Of a DNA stretch of 64,000 bases, positions 22,023 to 33,745 are shown piece after piece. The DNA comes from Mytilus edulis (Eukaryota): the NCBI RefSeq assembly GCF_963676685.1, contig NC_092347.1:92194001-92258000 (forward strand), given 5' to 3'. Each line of letters starts with the position of its first letter. The stretch's first letter is position 1. The notes beneath the pieces were generated by a model. The model was not told where the DNA came from, ran no database searches, and saw only the letters and a list, made by a program, of their open reading frames with translations. The position numbers were made by a program, and so were the translations under genes.

Positions 22023-22875
22023 CAAAATCATTAAATTGTACTGCCTGAGTGACAGACTAATATCTCATTGACAAAATCATTAAATTGTACTGCCTGAGTG
22101 ACAGACAATATCTCATTGACAAAATCATTAAATTGTACTGCCTGAGTGACAGACTAATATCTCATTGACAAAATCATTAAATTGTACTGCCTGAGTGACA
22201 GACTAATATCTCATTAACATTAAATTGTACTGCCTGAGTGACAGACTAATATCTCATTGACATTAAATTGTACTACCTGAGTGACAGACTAATATCTCAT
22301 TGACATTAAATTGTACTACCTGAGTGACAGACTAATATCTCATTGACATTAAATTGTACTCCCTGAGTGACAGACTAATATCTCATTGACATTAAATTGT
22401 ACTACCTGAGTGACAGACTAATATCTCATTGACATTAAATTGTACTGCCTGAGTGACAGACTAATATTTCATTAACATTAAATTGTACTGCCTGAGTGAC
22501 AGACTAATATCTCATTGACAAATTCATTAAATTGTACTGCCTGAGTGACAGACTAATATCTCATTGACATTAAATTGTACTGCCTGCGTGACAGACTAAC
22601 ATCTCATCGACATTAAATTGTACTGCCTGAGTGACAGATTAATATCTCATTGACAAAATCATTAAATTGTACTGCCTGATTGACAGACTAATATCTCATT
22701 GACATTAAATTGTACTGCCTGAGTGACAGACTAATATCTCATTGACATTAAATTGTACTACCTGAGTGACAGACTAATATCTCATTGACATTTAATTGTA
22801 CTGCCTGAGTGACAGACTAATATCTCATTGACATTAAATTGTACTGCCTGAGTGACAGACTAATATCTCATTGAC
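22023..22875. repeat. Minisatellite with a 43-bp unit (49-bp variant adds CAAAAT), about 19 copies
   Basis: Unit CATTAAATTGTACTGCCTGAGTGACAGACTAATATCTCATTGA repeated head-to-tail with few substitutions and no spacers. Confidence 0.95.
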
Positions 22876-25379
22876 TTCACTGAGTTGTGTGATAGATTAA
22901 CTATACTTTTTAAGCTTAAAATTCGAGTGATCAGGGAAACAAACCTGTTCCTTTTCGACATTTTTTAGTTACACAGGGACAGTCGATACCAGGTTAGTAA
23001 AGACTATCACTGGGTTACAAGTTACAATAGTTCATGGTTCTTTTCATGAAAAAGTCGGAATCGTTCCTGTTAATTGTAATTACCCGTTCGCAAGCACATA
23101 ATCATGGGGAAATAGTTGTAATGAATATAGATCATTAGAAAAGTTGAGAAGACAGACCCATATAGTAATACAAATAAACATTTATTCACCCTTCCATATT
23201 GTATTAAAGAGCAATCTGCGACTATTATACTATACTTGTCCAAGCTGCAACAAGCACAATGCAATCGGTTTGGTAGAAATTTATCCTTAGAAAGAATCGA
23301 CATAGTTAATACTTTGGAAGGTAGTTAAGAAGGCTATTTATACTTGGAATTGACATCCTTGTTCTAGCCTTACACCGTTTGGAACAGCAATTACTGCACT
23401 TAATAACATTATATTCTATTTGTTAGATTTGATACATGTCATCAACGAAAATGCACATTGTCTATGTTCATAGATGTCAAACAATTCGAAATATACCAAC
23501 TTTTATCACTGCATATTCAGCCTGACCAAAATAAATAACGTTTTCAGAAGGTAAAGGAAGCAACGGAACGGATTAAATATTTAAGCTGACGAGGTGTTGA
23601 AGCTATTAAGTTAAACATTTCTAATTTAAACGTATTTTATTGGCCTATTTTATTCCACAGTAATGATATATATAGAAAGAGAGATTCATTTTGATTTCTG
23701 ATGTCAAATCTTAGAAGTAAAACATTAGATACAAAACATGTCTTAAACAACAAAATAAGATTCTGATTCAATCAAGTCTATTAAAGACCATATAAGTTTC
23801 TCGAGATAAGTTTAATCGTGCAGTAATACCAATTTTCGATCGGTTGGCGCTATAAAGTTGTCCAAATTTTAAAGAGGAATTTGAGCATTTAAAACCGAAA
23901 ATTCTGGAGAGATATAACAAAAACGGCTAATGTTTTCTTTTTACTGTTGGTGTGTCTTGAATTCTTTTTTCATGAATAATCAGTGAACTAAAAGTTCAGC
24001 GCATTCATCTGGAAGTGCTTCAGCGATACACAAAACAGTTTACAGCCATGTGCTTTTCATGATTAAGGTATATCCAGAAAAACGCTCCGAAGCCACACTC
24101 GAAATCTAACAGAGTTCTTTTCATTAACTGCTACCAGGTCGGTATCGGTGCTGGTGGAATGTTAGTCTCCAAGGTTATAATGACATCGGCTCCGTAGTCT
24201 GCCCTTTTGTACTGACATCATTAAAATTTTATAGGTTTTTTTCTAAATTGTTTGCTGGATAAATAACTGAGGTTCTAACTCCTTCTGTCAAGGTTGGTCC
24301 AAGATAAAGGCTACTCAATTTAGGTTCATGTTGGTCATATATAGCTCCCTAAGTTTTATGTCTTGTTCACCATTGGCTTCCAATTTCAATTCTTTTATAA
24401 TTGAGTGAGAGTTTCAGAGTTACCCTAGTGTATCTAGTTAAAAAGATATGTCTGGTGCCCCTTTTTCTGTTTTTTTTTACTACTGTAGCATGAATTGATT
24501 ACAAACATATGCCGATACTGATTTCAGCGTGTGCGGGTCGAGACCAAACATTTTGGAATTAACTGAACAGAAAACAAATGTCAATATGAAATGAAGAGTT
24601 GCAGAGCAAAGTTAATGATTTCAAAGAGGCAAAAAGACTATACATAACACGACAAAAAGACTATACATAACACGACAAAAAGACTATACATAACACGACA
24701 AAAGAAGACTACACCACAGGAAAAACATGTATTACCCGACCAATGCGTCATATACAGCATTGAACAACTGAATCATTTCAAAATGACACAATTTTCTCTG
24801 AACAATTATCAGGCTTTTCTCCTTTTACTCTATCAGGATTGTTATTGTAACATTTTAAAGCCAGGGGTGTATAAACACATATACACATTATTAGCTATAA
24901 GTCCAAAAGAGGCATAAAAAGAAAAACGAATTCGGCTACGGTGGTTCTTCGTGTGACGTTGTGTCTGGCCTACGACAGAAGAGACAGAGATTAGAATCCG
25001 GCAGTGGCGACGTAAAGTATTTGTGTAACGCTTTATTTTTTTTAGAAAGTAAAAGACCTGGATGCTGCATACCTTGTATACAGATACCTTATGTTACGAA
25101 GTTTCCGTGTCCATTGTTCTTGACAATCATTTTCATGGTTCAGTTACTGATTGATTATTTTTGTCGACCCTACGACAAAAGTCGCAAAAAGCTCGACATA
25201 GGGATAGTGATCCGGTGGCGGCGATGTTATCTAACTTCTTAAAAGCTTTATATTTTAGAACGTAGAAGACCTGGATGTATCATACTTAGTATATAGATGC
25301 CTTATATTACGTAGTCTGCGTCTTTTAGATGTCCATTGTCCTTGACCTCATATTCATGGTTCAGTGACTACTAACTAAA

Positions 25380-26350
25380 AAACAAGATTTAAACTTTTTG
25401 ACTGTTTTTTTATAATCTCATTTGAAATATTGCCCTGATTTTTTATTCATTGATGCATGAATTGCACCAGAAATTTCTCAAGTTATCTGTGATAAGGATA
25501 TCTTACTCAGTAAAAACTTTTGAATTTTCCAAATGACTTAAAAATTCTATTATATTAGGAGAAGGAGTTACTGGTTTTTTGTTCAGATTTTTAAAATATT
25601 CAGCCCACTAAGTGCTTGTTATATTTGATGATTGTTCTGGGTTTTTTTTGTCAGAATTTTTAAGGGATTCTAATAAAGTCCAATAACTTTTGGGGTTTTT
25701 CTCACGCAAGTTATCAAGTCGATCTATATGATCAGCACGGAATTGTCTATATTTAGTTTGTTTTTCTCGCTTTTCTGTATTTTTTCAGTAAAACAAGGAA
25801 TGAGGATCTAATATAAGGATCTCGGTTATATTTTTTAAAAAGCTTTTCTTTATCGCATAACTGTTTTTTTCATATTTATTAGGGGTAGGTCAAACCATTT
25901 AGACTTGACTTTTCTTTACTGTAGTAGTCGCATAACTGTTTTTTTTCATATTTATAAGGGGTAGGTCAAACCATTTAGACTTGACTTTTCTTTACTGTAG
26001 CAGTACCATTTACCTTTCATAACCCTTTTCTTGATGGAAATATTAGCTGCCTCATAAAGGATATTATTCAGATCGTGTATCATAATATTTGAGTCACCAG
26101 TATAGTTTGTGTTATTAAAAGGTTTTCTTATTTCTTTAATCAGTGGTGAAGCTAGTGCATTTTGGAATTTCTCTGCAAAATTTTCTTCCCATATATATTG
26201 GTTTGGAATAAAGTGAACATCTTTTTGCACTGCATTACATTTACAGTTAACCTTTAAACATTGTGGATACCTGGCAGTGATCAGAGAGCTAGGTTGGCTT
26301 TAAAATCATGAACCTTAAACAGTATATTACTTAAAAGACATTATCCGTAA
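25380..26350 (-). pseudogene. Degenerate L2/CR1-like LINE ORF2 fragment (end of endonuclease to pre-RT linker) nested in a Helentron-type repeat that starts near 25160
   Basis: The minus strand gives LSDHCQVSTMFK (SDH motif ending the APE endonuclease), LDNLREKNPKSYWTLLESLK, WAEYFKNLN and ISNEIIK, with stops and frameshifts. Confidence 0.6.
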
Positions 26351-29300
26351 CAGATCAAATATATTTGGTATATATAATGATAGTAATGTGAACATGTTTG
26401 TCTGGCAGGGTACATATGACCTTGACCTCATTTCATGGATTATTGGTCAATGATATTTTTCATATTTTTTTTAGTTTTTTTATTCCATAAGGAAAAGGTC
26501 AAATATACGGAATTGTCTATATTTAGTTTGTTTTTCTCGCTTTTCTGTATTTTTTCAGTAAAACAAGGAATGAGGATCTAATATAAGGATCTCGGTTATA
26601 TTTTTTAAAAAGCTTTTCTTTATCGCATAACTGTTTTTTTCATATTTATTAGGGGTAGGTCAAACCATTTAGACTTGACTTTTCTTTACTGTAGTAGTCG
26701 CATAACTGTTTTTTTTTCATATTTATAAGGGGTAGGTCAAACCATTTAGACTTGACTTTTCTTTACTGTAGCAGTACCATTTACCTTTCATAACCCTTTT
26801 CTTGATGGAAATATTAGCTGCCTCATAAAGGATATTATTCAGATCGTGTATCATAATATTTGAGTCACCAGTATAGTTTGTGTTATTAAAAGGTTTTCTT
26901 ATTTCTTTAATCAGTGGTGAAGCTAGTGCATTTTGGAATTTCTCTGCAAAATTTTCTTCCCATATATATTGGTTTGGAATAAAGTGAACATCTTTTTGCA
27001 CTGCATTACATTTACAGTTAACCTTTAAACATTGTGGATACCTGGCAGTGATCAGAGAGCTAGGTTGGCTTTAAAATCATGAACCTTAAACAGTATATTA
27101 CTTAAAAGACATTATCCGTAACAGATCAAATATATTTGGTATATATAATGATAGTAATGTGAACATGTTTGTCTGGCAGGGTACATATGACCTTGACCTC
27201 ATTTCATGGATTATTGGTCAATGATATTTTTCATATTTTTTTTAGTTTTTTTATTCCATAAGGAAAAGGTCAAATATACGGAATTGTCTATATTTAGTTT
27301 GTTTTTCTCGCTTTTCTGTATTTTTTCAGTAAAACAAGGAATGAGGATCTAATATAAGGATCTCGGTTATATTTTTTAAAAAGCTTTTCTTTATCGCATA
27401 ACTGTTTTTTTCATATTTATTAGGGGTAGGTCAAACCATTTAGACTTGACTTTTCTTTACTGTAGTAGTCGCATAACTGTTTTTTTTTCATATTTATAAG
27501 GGGTAGGTCAAACCATTTAGACTTGACTTTTCTTTACTGTAGCAGTACCATTTACCTTTCATAACCCTTTTCTTGATGGAAATATTAGCTGCCTCATAAA
27601 GGATATTATTCAGATCGTGTATCATAATATTTGAGTCACCAGTATAGTTTGTGTTATTAAAAGGTTTTCTTATTTCTTTAATCAGTGGTGAAGCTAGTGC
27701 ATTTTGGAATTTCTCTGCAAAATTTTCTTCCCATATATATTGGTTTGGAATAAAGTGAACATCTTTTTGCACTGCATTACATTTACAGTTAACCTTTAAA
27801 CATTGTGGATACCTGGCAGTGATCAGAGAGCTAGGTTGGCTTTAAAATCATGAACCTTAAACAGTATATTACTTAAAAGACATTATCCGTAACAGATCAA
27901 ATATATTTGGTATATATAATGATAGTAATGTGAACATGTTTGTCTGGCAGGGTACATATGACCTTGACCTCATTTCATGGATTATTGGTCAATGATATTT
28001 TTCATATTTTTTTTAGTTTTTTTATTCCATAAGGAAAAGGTCAAATATACGGAATTGTCTATATTTAGTTTGTTTTTCTCGCTTTTCTGTATTTTTTCAG
28101 TAAAACAAGGAATGAGGATCTAATATAAGGATCTCGGTTATATTTTTTAAAAAGCTTTTCTTTATCGCATAACTGTTTTTTTCATATTTATTAGGGGTAG
28201 GTCAAACCATTTAGACTTGACTTTTCTTTACTGTAGTAGTCGCATAACTGTTTTTTTCATATTTATAAGGGGTAGGTCAAACCATTTAGACTTGACTTTT
28301 CTTTACTGTAGCAGTACCATTTACCTTTCATAACCCTTTTCTTGATGGAAATATTAGCTGCCTCATAAAGGATATTATTCAGATCGTGTATCATAATATT
28401 TGAGTCACCAGTATAGTTTGTGTTATTAAAAGGTTTTCTTATTTCTTTAATCAGTGGTGAAGCTAGTGCATTTTGGAATTTCTCTGCAAAATTTTCTTCC
28501 CATATATATTGGTTTGGAATAAAGTGAACATCTTTTTGCACTGCATTACATTTACAGTTAACCTTTAAACATTGTGGATACCTGGCAGTGATCAGAGAGC
28601 TAGGTTGGCTTTAAAATCATGAACCTTAAACAGTATATTACTTAAAAGACATTATCCGTAACAGATCAAATATATTTGGTATATATAATGATAGTAATGT
28701 GAACATGTTTGTCTGGCAGGGTACATATGACCTTGACCTCATTTCATGGATTATTGGTCAATGATATTTTTCATATTTTTTTTAGTTTTTTTATTCCATA
28801 AGGAAAAGGTCAAATATACGGAATTGTCTATATTTAGTTTGTTTTTCTCGCTTTTCTGTATTTTTTCAGTAAAACAAGGAATGAGGATCTAATATAAGGA
28901 TCTCGGTTATATTTTTTAAAAAGCTTTTCTTTATCGCATAACTGTTTTTTTCATATTTATTAGGGGTAGGTCAAACCATTTAGACTTGACTTTTCTTTAC
29001 TGTAGTAGTCGCATAACTGTTTTTTTTTCATATTTATAAGGGGTAGGTCAAACCATTTAGACTTGACTTTTCTTTACTGTAGCAGTACCATTTACCTTTC
29101 ATAACCCTTTTCTTGATGGAAATATTAGCTGCCTCATAAAGGATATTATTCAGATCGTGTATCATAATATTTGAGTCACCAGTATAGTTTGTGTTATTAA
29201 AAGGTTTTCTTATTTCTTTAATCAGTGGTGAAGCTAGTGCATTTTGGAATTTCTCTGCAAAATTTTCTTCCCATATATATTGGTTTGGAATAAAGTGAAC

Positions 29301-29588
29301 ATCTTTTTGCACTGCATTACATTTACAGTTAACCTTTAAACATTGTGGATACCTGGCAGTGATCAGAGAGCTAGGTTGGCTTTAAAATCATGAACCTTAA
29401 ACAGTATATTACTTAAAAGACATTATCCGTAACAGATCAAATATATTTGGTATATATAATGATAGTAATGTGAAGATGTTTGTCTGGCAGGGTACATATG
29501 ACCTTGACCTCATTTCATGGATTATTGGTCAATGATATTTTTCATATTTTTTTTAGTTTTTTTATTCCATAAGGAAAAGGTCAAATAT
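25737..29588. repeat. Five near-identical tandem copies of a 769-771-bp unit
   Basis: Units start at 25737, 26507, 27278, 28049 and 28818 (ACGGAATTGTCTATATTTAG). The only differences seen are the length of one T run and one C/G change in copy 5. This explains the five identical 92-aa ORFs. Confidence 0.97.
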
Positions 29589-30564
29589 ATTTGGTATATG
29601 GAATACATGTGGGTTGAACGTAGAATTGAGAATGGAAATGGTAATGTGTCAAAGAGACAACAACCCGACCATAGAGCAGACAACACCACAAAGCCACCAA
29701 TGGGTCTTCAATGCAGCGAGGAACTCCCGCACCCAGAGAAGTCCTTCAGCTGGCCTCTAAACAAATATGTTACGAATTCAGTGATAATGGACGTCATACT
29801 AAACTCCGAATAATACACAAGAAACTAAAATTAAAAATCATACAAGACTAACAAAGGCCAGAGTCTACTGACTTGGGACAGGCGCAAAAATGCGGCTGGG
29901 TTACACATGGTTTTTTTTTAGATCTCAACCCTCCCCCTTGGCCTATACCTCAGGCCAATGTAGAAAAAACAAACGCACAACAATACGCATAGTAAAACTC
30001 AGTTGAAGAGACGCCCGTGTCCAATTTCAGAATAGGTTACAAAAGAAACTAAACAAAATGACAATAATACATAAATTAACAAAGGACTATACTAGCAGTT
30101 ACTGACATGCCAGCTCCAGACCTCAGTGAAACTGATTGAAAGATCATGGCAACATGTCTGTCTGACAAGGTTCATTTGACCTTGCCCTTATTTTCATGGT
30201 TCATTACCATCTATGTTTAGTTTGTGTGGTTTGGTCTATTTCTCATAAATGATAAGCAACTGCATGGTCAATTGTATTTGGTGTATGGAATGATTGTAAG
30301 GTGTACATGTCTGTCAGGCAGGGTTCTCTTGCCCATGTCTTCATTTTTATGTTTCATTTGTCAATGTTAAGATTTTGTGGATTGCCGCCTGTTTCTCATG
30401 TTCTATTATCGATTTGACTACTAAGTTTTGTTATTGAATGATTGTGAGGTGTATAGATGTCTGTCTGACATGGTTAATCTGACAGTGTCATTTGGTCCCT
30501 TGTGGAGAGTTGTCTTATTGGGAATCATGCCACACTCTTCTGTTTTACTTTCTATTGTAACTCA

Positions 30565-30724
30565 CAGTGGCGGATCCAGCCATTTTAAAAAGGAGGGTTC
30601 CTAACCTTGGACAAAAAGGGGGGTCCAACTATATGTTCGCATTCAAATGCATTGATCGGCCAAAAAAAAGGAGGTTCCAACCCCCGGACCCTCCCCCCCC
30701 CCCCCCCCCCCGGATCCGCCACTG
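30565..30724. mobile_element. Short MITE (CAGTGGCGGATCC family); related copy at 57473-57630
   Basis: TIR CAGTGGCGGATCC / GGATCCGCCACTG flanked by the direct repeat AACTCA (30559-30564 / 30725-30730). Confidence 0.8.
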
Positions 30725-32710
30725 AACTCATCAGCCGTCAACTGAAAATCCTTATGAGGAGGCTCATTTGGGTATAACATCATTAGTATGATCATTCTAT
30801 ATATACAGAGACATATATTATGTCTCTGATATCACATTGTTGGGTTGATGTTTAGACGAGTTGTATATGTCTCTGATATATATATATATAAGTTGCATAT
30901 ATTAAAGAAATCTAGGGAGTACACTGTAAGGCCTCGAATGATGCATGCCGTTCCGAAGTTGCAAGACTGCCTTTGAAAAATAAGATAATGTTAGGCTAGT
31001 ACTTGAAATTCTGGGACCATGTCAGAAGGAAGTTTAGTTCAACAAATATATAATGCTACAAAAAAAGCAACACATGGGTTAAAAGGTTGAATATTATTAT
31101 GTGATAGTCGTGTTTTACGGGGGTTCCATAAACGACAAGTCTAGGGTTCTTTGACATCACTTTATTAAGTTAACATAGGAATAAATAAATAACCCTGCAA
31201 TAACAACAGCATATAGTTATTACAAATATCAATATCACAGTCTTATCAAAGTCTTATACTATAAACATATAAATATTATACTGGCGTAATAACAATGTTA
31301 CAAGATCGCATATAATATTCTATTCCGTATACAATAATCTATACTGAGTATCAAGAATGCGGTGACATTCACAATATGCAATACACTCGCAATTATATCT
31401 TTCTAAATACAAATGCATGCTTTTGATAAGTCGTATCAAATAGTATATCATTATAATCAACCAAGCGTATTATAAACAAGTCGAATGTACTGTACTTCAT
31501 AAACGAGTGTCATTCATAAAACCTTTAACATACAAAGGTTATTATCTGTTCACTATAGTATTCTTTTAATTTCGTATGCACTACTGTAATGTATAATATC
31601 TATGTAGGTACAATATAATATAATATGACCCTTACCAATCTGTGGAACCAGGTTATATATCTAACATCTACAGTACAACCAGTATGTTACAGGGACATCA
31701 TAATCTATGTGTCCTGAAAATAATACACAATAGTAAATACTAGGATCTAGGAAAATAGTGATCCCTTACATAAAATACAGCATATTAAAGACTGATATAA
31801 TAAAATCAAGCTATTACACAGAATAACCATATATGACAATATGAATGCAATTGTCAATGTGACGTCATAGATCCATAACCGAAAGGTCAAGGTCACTTTC
31901 AAAATCATTCATAAATCTCCCTTTCTACATTCAAACTACAGATTCAAATCATATATTCTCAGATTAATACATCAACTATCTTACTCCTATCATATCTAAG
32001 GTCTATGGGCATACTTACCTATAAACGGGCAGAATTGTATAGCATGCACTACATACGCCTTTCATACACCACAAAGAATATAAAATCTACTTACCAGATA
32101 TAAAGAATGTAATTTCCAATAACTACAGTTGTTCCAAAGTATGGAAACTTCAGTGAATAATAACGAGCACTGAATATAATGTTTCTATATAAGTTTTATC
32201 ACTATATACGGTTTAAACAATAAGTATATATTAAATTTGTATGTCTCCAATTTTCAAGAGTTAACCACCATTACTTTATTTCCAAAATCTGAGGTGTGTC
32301 CAGAATGACCAATAAGAACTGACCATAAAGGTAAACAAGGTGTGACAATTAATTTACTAATGAGTTGGACAGGTAGATACTATTACAACTATGCCCAATG
32401 AAGTATGACTGACTAGAACTTTCATACATTTTAAAGTGTGAAGAGATAATGAACTATAAATCAAAAGATCAAATAATCAAAGTGAAGTAATCAAGTCTAA
32501 TATCTGGCATATCATAAAATGTAAAATACTAATAAATGAAATGCGTAAAAATATACTCTGTCACATTCTCCCCCTGCTGCGAGAATGTCTTCCAAGACAT
32601 AACTGGAATCATAGTGACAATAAACAAAAATATATAACAATGATCTTCCCCCTGTGTGAGGAAAAGACGTCCTCGTCTAATACTGGACAAAACTGAAATA
32701 CAAAAATCAT

Positions 32711-33739
32711 CTAATCATCTGGCTTAGTGATCAGCTTCAACATCGCTCTAGATACTTCATCAGCCATGTTGATAAACATTCCAGAGGATGCTGCAGTCCT
32801 AAGGTAGTCAGCACGAATCATCCATTCTGGTTGTGCACTCTTGGAGACTGGTGGTACAACAAAATCCTTGTACTTGGTTGTAGCTGTTGATGTCTTAGTT
32901 CTAGTAGATCGTCTTTGCTGTGGTTCTGGTGTACTAGTATCATCATTATCTTCCTCGTCATCATCAATGTTCTCATCTTCCGTGCTATCATCATCTGTTA
33001 CATCATGTAAAGCATCTGTTGCCAAATCATGTACTTGATCATCTAGTGATGTTTCGTGCTCTGAACCTCCCGATTCCTCAGGCAAAGAAGCGTCCTCCTC
33101 TAATTCAGAATGTTCCTCGGTGCGGTCCTGATCGTCATCAGCGTTACCGGGAACAGTAGCCTCCTCCTCAACCGATGCTATTTCATCATCTGCTTGGATA
33201 ACATCATCCGGTTGAATATCTTGTTGAACTTCTTGTTGAGGCTCTTCAACCACGACATACACCATTGATTCATCCTCACTCTCTGTGTTGGAGTCTGTTG
33301 AAACTTCTACTGGAGCAGGTTTCTTCTTAGGTGATGCTGGTTTTCGTTTACTTCTTCTTGGCAAAGGAACTGGTATCTGGTGAGTTGTGTTCTCTTCCAC
33401 AAGTTCCTCGTTGATGCTTCCAATAGGTAGTAAATGGTTCCTGTGAAGCGTTCGTTTTCTTCCATGACCATTTTCTTTCCTAACTACATAGACAGGTAGT
33501 TCTGTATTAGGCTGATCGAGGATTACATATGGTTCTTCTTCCCATTTATCCTGTAACTTGTGGGTTCCATCGAAGGCAAGAATCTTCACAAGTACTCGAT
33601 CGTCTTTATGTAAAATCGCTCCTTTAACTCTGATGTCATAAGCTTGCTTCTGTTTACCCTGTGATTTTACTGCAGCTGATGATGCAAGTTCATAAGATGT
33701 CTTTAACTTCTGTCTCAGATCTTCAACATACTTCGTCAT
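32711..33739 (-). CDS. Gypsy integrase C-terminal region plus a long acidic tail (catalytic core missing)
   Basis: KQAYD...DRVLVK...KLQDKWEEEPYVIL...YVV...RTLHRNHLLP is the post-core (GPY/F-like) integrase segment. It is followed by an E/D-rich low-complexity tail and RRSTR. Confidence 0.8.
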   Translation of the reverse strand: MTKYVEDLRQKLKTSYELASSAAVKSQGKQKQAYDIRVKGAILHKDDRVLVKILAFDGTHKLQDKWEEEPYVILDQPNTELPVYVVRKENGHGRKRTLHRNHLLPIGSINEELVEENTTHQIPVPLPRRSKRKPASPKKKPAPVEVSTDSNTESEDESMVYVVVEEPQQEVQQDIQPDDVIQADDEIASVEEEATVPGNADDDQDRTEEHSELEEDASLPEESGGSEHETSLDDQVHDLATDALHDVTDDDSTEDENIDDDEEDNDDTSTPEPQQRRSTRTKTSTATTKYKDFVVPPVSKSAQPEWMIRADYLRTAASSGMFINMADEVSRAMLKLITKPDD

Positions 33740-33745
33740 ACTTTT

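Noticed and set aside
22023-22875. Regular 43-bp repeat resembling a CRISPR array
   Set aside because: Units are head-to-tail with no unique spacers, there are no cas genes, and the context is eukaryotic. It is a minisatellite.
25952-29312. Five identical 92-aa ORFs as a tandem gene family
   Set aside because: They start at a non-ATG codon and are the surviving open frame of a decayed LINE ORF2 fragment copied with the 770-bp unit.
29517-29813. 98-aa ORF
   Set aside because: It spans the end of the tandem array and an inverted SINE-like repeat and has no protein motif.
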